Positions 49,255-59,897 of a stretch of DNA of 64,000 nt are shown in pieces (positions within the stretch are counted from its first letter, which is position 1; each line of letters starts with the position of its first letter). The notes below the pieces were generated by a model. The model searched no databases and had not been told where the DNA came from. It saw only the letters and a list, made by a program, of their open reading frames with translations. The stretch covers positions 806,001-870,000 of the forward strand of contig JAYWIR010000012.1 of assembly GCA_036172245.1 (NCBI GenBank), read 5' to 3'. The DNA is from Raillietiella orientalis. Lineage: Eukaryota. A program made the translations under genes and the position numbers.

Positions 49255-51945
49255 TTCCCCGTGTCGTTCTAGGGAGCGGACGTGGTTTGGCATCGCTCCA
49301 CGGACTGGTTAGTGGGAAGCTTTTCGTTGGTTGTCTGGTGTGTGGGAGCACCGGTGTCCCATGGCAGAAATGCCTGAGGACACCGCGATGGAAGTTGGAG
49401 GAGGAGAAGCGACACGTTCTCCTCCACCAATGAAATTGGGGCATCCGCCCCCACGGAATCCGGGGCACTTGCCCCATCGGAATCGGGGGCAACCGCCTCT
49501 TCGCGTCCCTCCTTGCCATTGGCGAGGAGTTGGAGTGACGTCGTTGCTGCACCATCCCCGGATGCAGTAGCGGAGCAGACTGCCTACAAGGACAGCGGCT
49601 ACAAGCCGTCTCTGATCTATAAGGTAGGCAGTGTGTTTGATGAAAAAATTGCACGCTCCTTCGAAATGGAGCTCCAAAGGTTGAACGTGAGGGAGGAAGA
49701 CCTTTTAGGCCTATCCGTCCTTAGTGGGGGCCAGCGAGTTGAGCTGACATGCAAAGAGGCAAGTATGGCGCAGCGACTGCTGAACACCCCCATCACGGTG
49801 GACGGCCGCAGGATCTTCCCTGTGACGGAGGACCGCTCCGTCGTGGTCCACCTCACAGGTGTATCACTCCGAATGGACAAAACCAGCGTCCATGAGGAGT
49901 TGTCGAAGCATAGTAGTGTGCACGCGTATTGGGCCAAACCCAATGTCTTCCGAACGTACGGAAGGCTATTCAGTGGGATGGCCGCAGCCCGCGTCACCCT
50001 ACCAGAGAATGGTGGGCTCCCCCACAAACTGAATATCCGCGAAGAAAAAGTCGATGTTTGGTACGTGGGTAAGCCCAAGTATTGTGGCCATTGCGATGCT
50101 ACAGGGCATTTAAAAAAGCGGTGCCCTAACATCCAACGCCACTTATGTGAAAATAAGGGCCACATCCGTAAGGTGTGCCCAAGAAGAGAAATCCCGTCTC
50201 CATCCGCTGCCAAAAAGGCAAAGATAAAACGCACGGGAGAGACACATACACAGAAACAGGCTGTAAACACCCAGATGCCAGTCCCTAAGCCCTCACAGCA
50301 AACGTCGGTTGAGAACACTCCTGACGACGCTGGTGACGGCGAAGGCTGGCAGACGGTACAGCCACGAAGAAAACCCGGGAGTCCCGAACGAAACGCGGTA
50401 AAAACAAAAACGGAGCGCGAAAAACCGTGCCGCGAAAAGCTCCGCGCGTGTTCGGTAAAATTAGAACGTGTTGAGGCACTCGATGCCGCCTCCGGGGGAG
50501 CGATCTCCCCCCTCGCGTCCGCCGAAGCCGCGACGGTCGATGGTGAACCCTCTAGCGAAACAGAGGGGGAACCGCGCGCCGCGCTCGACGCGATCGAGGA
50601 GGCCGCCTTCCAGCAGGCGGTGGAAGAACTCACGGCTGAACTGCAAGGCCGTGAAAAGAACTCGCGAAAAGCCTTGCGAAGACCGGCCGCGAGGAAGATT
50701 CCGAAGGCAGGTGAGGCCGATCCGGACGTCGAAAGTGCGTCCTCTTCAGCGGAGGCGCAACCAAAGAAGACGGGACGTAAGTCTCAGAATCCCAGGAGGC
50801 GCATCCGGAACAATAAGGAGGAGGATGAATCGGCCCCCGAGGGGGAAGCCGGCAGCGTGGGAGGCGAGGGTGGGAATATCTCATTCCCCGACACCGCGCA
50901 GCTAGCGACCCCCATGGAGGAGGATGTGCAGGTGGTTGAACCCCTACTTCCTTTGCAAGGCCCCGACGACGAATCGTCCTCCATGGAGGAAGGTTCCTCC
51001 ATGGAGGACGATTCGTCGTCCTCCTAGCGTCCCGCCCGACAAGGTGGCGGGAGCCCCATTGCCAATTTCCCAGGATTAACACCTGGACTCGCCTGTCGCC
51101 GTAGGATACGCGTAGCCTGCTGGAACGTCAACGGGCTGCGCGATGACGGCAACAGGCTGGACACCGCCGACACCCTGCGTGACTTCGACCTGGCACTCCT
51201 GCAGGAGATCCACGTGATCACCGCGGAGAACGCCCAGGAGATCGAAAGGATCGCAGGGGGTCGTCTGTTTTGGCAATGCGGCGCTCGCAACACCTGTGGC
51301 GTCGCGTTTTTTATGAAGCCAGCAGTCGCTTCCTTCGTCAAGGACGTACGATTCGACAAGGACAGTCGGGTTGGCCAGCTTATCCTTAGGTGGTCCGACT
51401 CGATCGACCTTGTCGTGACTAATGTGTACGCTCCGAGCGGAGGACGCGGGTACGGGGAACGTTCCCGGTTACTCGAAACCCTGAAGCGCGACTGGCTGGC
51501 GCAAGGCACATCTGATCGGTGGGGATTTCAACATCCGCCTGCTCTCAGGTGTGCCTTGCAGGCAAAAATACGCAACCAACGTGTTGTGCGCCGCTATGCG
51601 TACGCGCAACTTGCTGGGGGACCTACCGGAAATGGCCCAAAGCGTAGACCACGTCTTCCTTGACGCCGACCTGTGCCCACGGGTCGGCAGACGAGGGAAA
51701 CTTCCGTCGACGCTATCGGACCACTTCCGGTTGATAATCGAGATTATGCCACGCGACAAAGGACCACCATCCAGGGCGTGGCGTATGCCAGGGGACTAAA
51801 CGCGCATCTCAGGTGCTGCGGAACATCTCTGCCAAGTACTGGGAGGCGTCATCCTCCGAAACCTCCAAGACTGGGACCGCATGAAGGCCTCGGTCCGCGT
51901 GTTCTGCAAGGAGTTCCCTGTGCACCGCCTGCCCCGGGGATTTGG
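49255..51945 (+). mobile_element. 5' half of a Tx1-like element: 5' UTR, ORF1 and APE endonuclease
   Basis: ORF1 followed by RVACWNVNGL..LLQEIH..NVYAP..GGF(N)..VDHVFL..LSDHF. Cut by the 3' end of the element at 51948-54202. Confidence 0.94.
49361..51027 (+). pseudogene. Retrotransposon ORF1 (gag-like nucleic-acid-binding protein), one frameshift near 49510
   Basis: ATG at 49361 and a 504-aa open frame at 49513-51027. Knuckles CGHCDATGHLKKRC and (R)HLCENKGHIRKVC, then a long charged low-complexity tail. Confidence 0.88.
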
Positions 51946-51947
51946 TG

Positions 51948-54202
51948 TTGCCACCCAGGTACGCCCAGGGCGTTTATTGGAACTCTACAAAAACTTGGTA
52001 CGAGGCCCCACTAACGGCCGCACAACACCGGACCTGCCGGGACGCCGGGACGCAGCCCGGCGTGACGCTCCTCGGCAGTGGAGGGGAGTTTGGGAGAAAA
52101 CAAAAAAAAAAATAAAATAAAGAAAAACAAAAGGAGTTTGGAGGGAGGGGAAGGGATCACTATGCACTAGGAGGAGGGCCCATCCTTCGCAGGATGCCCT
52201 CTAGGTCCTTCTGCGTTTGTCCCAGATGGGGCCATCTCGCAGCTCTTCGCATGAAGCTCACAGCATACGGGATGACTTCCCTCTCGTTGGCATCCACTCC
52301 TTCGTCGCAAATGTCTCTCCAGGCCGCCACGATGCCCCGGATGCAGCAGAGGGCTGCGAGGGCTGCGGGGGGATGCAGGGCGTCCCGCACGAAGAGTGGC
52401 CGAAGAACGTCTCTGGGCGCGCTGCCCATTGGGAGCCCGAGGGTCGTCCCGAACCGTTCCCACAGGGGTCGGATGGCAGCACAGTCAACTAGAAGGTAGG
52501 GGAGCGATTCCCGCTCCCCACACCTGGCACACTCAGGGCTTACACTTCCTCGCGTCCAGTGGAAGCGGCTCGCGTTGCAGGGTAAACCCCAGTGCAACAG
52601 CAGCAGTGCCGACTCTTGCCACTTTAGCGGGAGAAGCCTGGATCCGATTAATACTGGGGGCCACTTCAGGTCATCCGTCGGTATGCCGAGCAGCTCGCCC
52701 CATCTAACAAGTCCACGCGGGAGGGCACTCGGGGTCGTGGCATCTGCCAGTTCACCCATGGTCCAACCGCTCATTTTCTTTTCCCTGCCTGCGATCCGGC
52801 AGGAGACGTGCCACTTCGGCGTCCGGCCGCTGGTTAGAGCCCTTCGTAGGAAGGGCAGCGTCGAAGCCAAAGGGGTCGTCTCTGCTTACGTGCTCCTGGC
52901 GGGACACTCCAGAGTGGTCCGTAGGGTGCAGCAGGCGTTGGAGCCGAGTCGCAGGCGGTTCCATTCACGTCCAGTCTGGAGGTTCAGCTTGGCCCACGTC
53001 CCAACGGATTCCTCCAGCCAAGCGGAGGAGTTGGCGGGGCTGCATACCGTCCAGCCGTTCTCTCTCACCAGGGATTCCATGCGCCCAAGGAGAAGGCCGC
53101 ATCTCCTGACCTTCCGACCGGGGCACAGAAGGAAAGACGCGAGTCCTTGCGTCCTCGATACACGGCTGGCGAGGATGTGGGCCGGGACGCACCAGGGGGT
53201 GTTCCACGTCTTTGCTGCGATGGCTAGGGTGCGCCATCGCAGCTGTATGTCCATGCGCTCCAACGTCAGGAGGCCAAGACCACCGTCCCGACGCGGAGCG
53301 CATATGTCCTTAAGAGGTGCATGAGGCCTCCCGCTGCCCCAGAGGGCGATGCGGAGAAGGTCTTTAGTCCTCTTCTTCAGGTCACGGGGGACGGGGCACA
53401 CAGAGAGCAGGGGGCGGAGGATGGGAGCCGCGAACGCGTTCCACACCGCGGCCGGTTCCGGCAGAAGGAACTTGCCTTCCAGGAACGGGCCGATTGCCAA
53501 CTCTACCTTTTGGAGACGACCTGACCAGGTTTCTGCGAGGCAGAAGTCCCCCAACGGGACACCCAAGTACTTCAGGTACCTGGCCGTGAGGATCCCCAAG
53601 AGGATCCAGTCAGGCCGTCCAACCTACGTCGCACCCACCGCTACCACCGATGACTTCGCCTTGTTTACCTGGAGTCCAGTCCCACGGCTTAGCAGATCGA
53701 AGAAATCCTCGACTGCGGCTGCCGGGGCCGCCATGAGCAACATTAGCAGAAGATCGTCGGCGTATGCAGCTACAGCGGGCGTGCCTGGGCACGAGCTAGG
53801 CAAGGCAGCCAAAGTCACCCTGTATGCTCTCAGCACCAACTCAAAGTAGGTGCTGAAGAGCAGGGGACTGAGGCTATCGCCCTGCCGTATGCCCCGCCGC
53901 ACCGGCACGCCGTACGTTGTTTGTCCGCTGAAGGAGACGTTGATTAGCGCATTCCGCCAGCAAGAGCGCAGGTAGGAGAGAAGAGAGGGTGGGAAGCCCA
54001 TGAGACCCAAAAGCTCCAACAGTAGCTCCTGGTCCACGCAGTCGAACGCCTTGTGGAGATCGACTGCGATCGCTAGGGCCCCCTTCCCTGCCTTAGTGTT
54101 CGTTCCCAGCCCAGCTGGCGGTCTTAAAGTGGGGTTGCCAATCCTTGTCGCTGTTTCATGGTGACATTTTTGCATATGGAACCATGTGCTCGCGAAGAAT
54201 AG
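51948..54202 (-). mobile_element. 5'-truncated Tx1-like element, RT to 3' end
   Basis: DLHKAFD, RQGDSLSPLLF, AYADD, KYLGVP, CARCGERESLPYLLVDC. Close paralogue of 41600-43860 in inverted orientation. Confidence 0.95.
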
Positions 54203-54845
54203 GTTGGCCTGGACGTTTGGGGGATTGGATGTCAATTGTGCAGAGTGCGGGGAAAGAGAAACCTTCCCCCACTTAATCATCGAGTGTGTCACACTCTGTC
54301 AGATGTGGGATCGACTGTCGTCGATCCTGAATATTCCGGGGGCGACCCCGACAACATTTTTAGGCGCCTCCTGATGCGGGACGCCATGCCAGCCTCCGGG
54401 TTTGTGGAAGTGCTGTGTTGCATACGCGATATCCTGGACAAGTGGACCGCGCCAATGAGAGGCCGCACCAGTCGGAATGCCATTCACTGGGCAGTCATCT
54501 CCTTGGAGAAGGCTTGCCTAAGAAACATTTGCCGGCACTTGTTCGCATCGGAAACTGGATGCAGATGCCTCCTCACAGCGTACCGTGATCCCCTTCCTTT
54601 CCACTCCTCCCAAAAAACATGCCCCCTCCAGGCGTTTTCCTTTTTTTTTCTTTTGTTTTTGTTTTTCCTGCCCCTGCGCCAGTGTGGAGGACCTTATCGA
54701 CCTGCGGGTCGGTAAGGTCAAGTGCCCCAAGACAAAATTTTTGTGCTGACCAAAAAAAAAAACATTGTTAACAAAAACTCTTTATGAAATTCTTTCTATG
54801 TAAAAAATTCTAATAATTAAAGCCCCAGCTCACCCAAGCGAAAAA
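54203..54845 (+). mobile_element. Short 3' fragment of a Tx1-like element
   Basis: CAECGERETFPHLIIEC..RNAIHWAVISLEKA, related to 35775-36432. Has the 3' UTR hairpin and an ATTAAA motif. Confidence 0.88.
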
Positions 54846-54846
54846 C

Positions 54847-57800
54847 CTGGTTGCCTATTTGCGCGCATGTTGGCGCCACGCGCTCATCTCCATCTATTTC
54901 AGCGTCTGCCACGTGTACGGCGTGCCGGTGCGGCGAGGCTTCATACATAGCGACAGATTAAGGCCATTGCTCTACTGCATATTCTTTGAGTTGATGCTAG
55001 AGGCTTTTATTGCGACATTTTGGGTTACATTTTTGTCCTATATAAAGGTCAGTTTTTACTACAAATTTGCGAAGCACAATTTTACAGGGGTTTGAAGTGT
55101 CTTTGAGTACACAGTTGTTGAGAGGGAACATTTTAATTAGTCTTTTGTATCTGAATCTCATTTAGAGAAACGTCAGTACCTGCATAGCTCTTACTATACA
55201 AGATGTAGTGGAGCCGTTGAAAAAGTTGTCATCGGCTCGTGCATCTTAGAGAGGTGGCTTTTATGGTCGAAGCTGGATGCACAGGACGATCACGGATATT
55301 TAAGCTTTTTCAGGGAACGTGGAAGCTCCACATTTCGAATTGAGTGGGTACATTTATGAGAGTCGGGGGAATAGTGGAACCGTTTTGCAGTAAAATCACA
55401 TTGGTCACAAAAGCAAGTGGGAGTTAAAGCATGCATACGTGTCATATGGTGCTTCAGGTGACGGGAACTATTGTGCCTTTCTTCGGCTGAGGAAGCGAAT
55501 TTACAGTCAGGAATAGGGCATGGGCAAGGACATGCAAGCGAAATGCTAACGTATGAACCACGGTCGGCGTCTAAAAAAGCGGGTTCCAAAATTGGTTTTT
55601 GAACTTCCATGGTTTCATTAAGTGGTGCTCTCATGTTACCAGAGTAACGGGGAACTTTCCACAAACAAGCGCTAACGTAGGTACGTGAGTGCATGTGAGC
55701 ACTGCGTTGGGGATACAGGCGCAACTCCAGCTCTGTTGCGCGCGGTAAGAGTTTGGCTTATGCGCGCCACGCGGTCGCGTCGCCATCTTTAAAAATCAGT
55801 GTTGCAAATAAAAAGCAAAAATTCACTAATCGATCAAAACTTTCGGTTAACACAATATTCCAGAAAGCACAGAAAGTGCTAGTTGTTGCTTGTATTGAGA
55901 ATTGAAGCTCGAAACTAAGAGTGGAGATCTTGCGATGCTATGCGACGTCCTATTGTGAATCCATTCACGCGTTGTACTGATGATTTTGCTTCCGACACAT
56001 TACGAAAAGGAAAACAAAAACATTTTGGAAGAGATTGAATAGTTCTTCCAAAATATTAAGGTCAAAAGCAACATGGGAATAAGTCTTACCTTGGCCAACC
56101 AAGAGCTTTCTAGTTGGACCATAGCGGCTGCGGACGGCCAAAGGAGCGCTCTTTTGTTTACCACAATAATCTCTGTATCATCATGATTCCTTGTGAACAA
56201 GTAAAATACCTAAGTAAAATACACTGAATACAATATAAATACGTAAATGCTTGAAGAAAATTTCATGAAATTTACAATTAAACTGTCACCTACGGTAACG
56301 ACACCGAGACACGTCCGCACGTACAGGCTGACGCTGGCCAACTTGCCGAGTTCTTGGCCGAGAACTCCGGCCGTGGCCGCCTATGCTGACGACTTCTCCT
56401 GTTGCCCGTGTCCACCTCGGCGTCCAGTCTCGAAGACTTCTTCGAGCTGGTTCGCCGTGGAGCGGGCATGAGCGTAAACCGGAGCAACAGCGTGGTCGTT
56501 TCAGTTGGTGCGGGGTGGGAGGGGCAGTCCGACTGGATCCGTCTGGGGATCCGGACCGCTACGTCTTTGCAGTACTTGGGCGTCCCGCTGGGGGACATCA
56601 GCCCAGTGGAGCGTGATCGGACTGCCTTCGGAAGTTCACGAATGCTTTAAACCCGTTCCACCAAGGCAGGTTCCTGCAGCCAAAGCGGGCCACAGCGCGG
56701 AACACCTTCGTTGGCCCCCCTTACGCTCCCTGCTTTTTGTTTGCGCGCCCTCCTACGCCGCCAAGCTCCAGACGCAAAGCCTGTTCAGAAACGTTCTGTG
56801 GAGACCCACGAGGTCGACGATCCTCCTCAAAGACTTGGCGGCTCCGCGTCAGGATGCCGGCTTGGGCATCCTGACGCTCTAGAGAATCGAGCTGCAGGCG
56901 CAGTTACGAATGTTGGCCCTGTGCGCCAAACTCTGGTCCACTCCGTGTTGTGCAGCCGCGCGCCTGCTATTGCGGCGCTGCACCGGAAGCGAAGGACTTC
57001 TGTTGCTCCGGCCAAATACGGAGCGCTCCACGAGAAACTTCGGTTTCCGCTGGAAACCGCTTTGCCTGCTCCTGGTAGCCCACGCATGGAACCCCTGCCT
57101 TCCAACGAACTTTAGCGCCTCTCAGCAGAATTCGTTGCAGATCTGGGCAAAGCAACAGGATGTTACGCTCTTGGAACTCCGTTGAGCCAACCTCTCCCCG
57201 TACTGTACGATGGATGAAGTCCCGAACATCCAGGAGGAGTGGACTCGCCTGGCAATCACGCCCCTCCTCGACGCGCTGTCAGCCCTCAGCACAAGTGATC
57301 ACGGCTGTTTACCAGCGAGGTGGGAGGTCGCATGCAGCATTGCAGGAGCAACCCGACCCTTGGGCGGCTGGAGGTCTTGCGAGCTGGCAGACGCCGCCAC
57401 GCCTCCCAACATCCCGAAGGGTTTCCTTCGGTGGAGTGAACTTTTGAGTGTGCCCCCGAAGAACTTGTGGCCCCTCCCTCCTGCTTGAACACTTCTGTGT
57501 TCCCTTTGAGCTGGAAACAGTACGTCATTATGCTGGTGCATTGTGCTTTTCACTCCAACCAGCAGACGAACCGTGTTTCCTGGAGAGTTGTCTCCCCGAA
57601 CTGTAAACGGTGTGGGGAAGTGGAAACGCTCCCGCAACTGCTGTTGGACTGAGTTGTTCTGCAAGGACTGTGGCGGAGGCTAACCTCATCTCTGCAGCAC
57701 CAGAGGGACACCGCAAGAGACTTGGTGGCCGCTTCTTCACGCTAGGCGGACTGTCGTTAGGTGCTGTCATCGCCACGGTCTGTTGCACTCGAGCCATCGA

Positions 57801-58171
57801 CAACGTCCACCGACCGCTGAAGAAGCAGGCGATTCGTCGACAGACCTCCGGAATAGCTTGCGAGAACATGACGTAGGCTTCCGAGTGTGTCCATCTTCCA
57901 GAAGACGTTAGGAGCGAGATCACCGGCTTCCATAGCCGGTTGTGAAGGAAAGGAAAGGTCAAACTAGATACCCGTGTCCCCTCCTCTCTCCATATTTTGA
58001 TTTCTATTTTTTATATGTGTATTTGTGGTCCCCTCCCTCCCGTTCCGGACTATCGGTTTATCGAACTGCATGTTGGGGATCCGCCCCCTTCGTGTTTTCT
58101 GTATCCTTTGTCCGGGAACTCTGTTGCTGGATAGTTTAGCAATAAACACCCCGTCTCATCCGGGTGAGAAA
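54847..58171 (+). mobile_element. Tx1-like element RT core to 3' end, apparently interrupted by ~1.3 kb (about 55005-56315)
   Basis: GVPVRRG..PLLYCIFFELML breaks at ~55003 and RTYRLTL..AAYADD resumes at ~56316. 56480-58171 duplicates 1-1692. Confidence 0.85.
55200..55634 (-). pseudogene. Zinc-finger ORF remnant, possibly the N-terminus of an RLE-type (R2/NeSL-like) non-LTR element
   Basis: CPIPDC..HLKHHMTRMH, CDQC..HKC and YP*SSCASSF..HLSKMH give three finger-like motifs, with a stop at 55290-55292. Confidence 0.45.
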
Positions 58172-58397
58172 CAGCCGACCCCCCGCAATCGTCTTGATCT
58201 TCTGGACGTCTGCCACGGTGATCATGTGGATCTCCTGCAGCTGGGCCAGGTCGAACTCTTGCAGGGTGTCGGCTGTATCCCGTCTGTTGCCGTCGTTGCA
58301 GCCCATTGACATTCCAACAGGCCACGCGGATCCGACGTCGACAAGTGAGCCTAGTTGCTAATCCTGGGAAATCGACGGTGTGGCGTCCGCCACCTGT
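56480..58397 (+). repeat. Near-identical direct duplicate of 1-1918 (offset 56479)
   Basis: ORF translations are identical over the first ~1.05 kb, with scattered substitutions after that. The copies share stops, a frameshift and the element-element junction. Confidence 0.97.
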
Positions 58398-59897
58398 TAT
58401 GGCGAGACTCTAGGAGGAGAAGAGGGTGTTGCTTTGAGCACCTGGTCCCCTTCCTCCATGGGTGCCCGCTCGTCAGGAGGGTCGCCCAAAGGTTTGGTCG
58501 CTCCTACCTGTTCGTCCTCCTCCATGGAGGCGGGCTTTTCAGGATCGACGCATGCTGGAGGCTTTGCCCCCTTGATCACTCTTCTCCATGGGGGTTGCCT
58601 GCTCGCCGTTTCCGAGCGTGGGAGGTTTTCTTTCTCGGGTTCCCACGCTGCCGTCGGCTTTCTGCTCCTCCTTCTCGCTCGTGGACGGAAGGCGCATCCT
58701 CAGCTTTTGGGATTTCCGTCCCGCCTTCCTGGAAAGTGACTCCGCGGAGGAGGATGGGCTTCCGACCACCAGGTTCAACTCACCTGCGGAAGGCATTTTC
58801 GCCTGCTCCGGCTTGCGCACGCCCTTACGCAACGGGTTGTCGCGCTCGGCGAGCGTTGCTGCGAGTTGCTCCGCGGCCTTCTCGAAGGCCGCGTCCGGGC
58901 TGTCGGCGCACGCGTCTCGCGGTTTGCCCTCGGAACCAGGAACGGGTTCTTCCACGCGAGCATTTGTCGCAGCTGCATAAGCTTTTGAGCCAATTCGCCG
59001 CAGGTGGCCTCTGCAGGAACAGCTAAGCGTTCCAATGCCACGGAGCATTGTCGAAGTTCAGCGCGCGGCGTCGATTTTTTCTTTTCCGCGCCGGTCGCCT
59101 TTACTTTCCAACTTTTCCTGCAGATTTTTTTCCTTCTTCTCCTTCCTGGCCATTACCAGCTTCCAGCCCTCTTCTCTTTCCGGGATTCCGGAAAGCTTTT
59201 CTTCCGACTCTTGTCTGAAAGGTTGAGGCGCTGGCAGCAGCTGCCAGCCATTTTCGCTATTAGGTCCTTCGACCTTGTTCAGACGTTTCGCCTTCGCCTT
59301 TTTGGTGGCAGGGGACACCGGGGTGGGGCGTTCAGGGCACACACGAGAGACGTGGCCCTTCTACTCGCAGAAGTGCCACTCGATGTTCGGGCACCATTTC
59401 CAGAGGTGCCCTACTGCATCGCAGTAGCCACAGTCCCGGGGCTTCCCCACGTACCAGGGGTCGAACGATTCTTTCGCGACCCTCGGCTCCTGATGGTCAT
59501 CGCGAGCAGATCCTTCTCCTTAACTTCCAAAAGATTGCATCGCTTTCGAGAAAGCTCGCGCACACTCCGGGGAATAAAGATTGCACACCTTGTAGAGCAG
59601 AGTGAGATTGCAACCCTCCTCCACGTAGGCCCTTAACTTAGCCGCAGCCGCCAGAGATGGCGCCGCAGCCACGCAGCTCCAGCTTCTAGCTAACGCGGAA
59701 GACGCTTCTGTGGGGGCGGTTGACCTCACATGCATTGATTCTGGGGGCGACTTAGACGTCGCCCCAGGATATCATTGGTGGTGGGCTCAGGCATTGCTGT
59801 TTAGCCACAAGCAAATCCACTGGCACACCAGAAAAGGAAAAAAAAAAAACGCAACCGGCGCACGAGCGAAGTAAACACCCATCCGCTGGCGCTCGCT
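58169..59897 (-). mobile_element. Tx1-like element 5' half: 5' UTR, internally deleted ORF1, start of EN
   Basis: 5' UTR matches 7170-7432. Knuckles CGYCDAVGH..CPNIEWHFCE*KGHVSRVC. EN start VACWNVNG. Deletion junction at ~59485. Confidence 0.9.

Noticed and set aside
51001..51130. Programmed stop-codon readthrough between ORF1 and ORF2
   Set aside because: The in-frame TAG layout occurs in one copy and is explained by the adjacent fold-back inversion. Two paralogues have ORF2 in the -1 frame.
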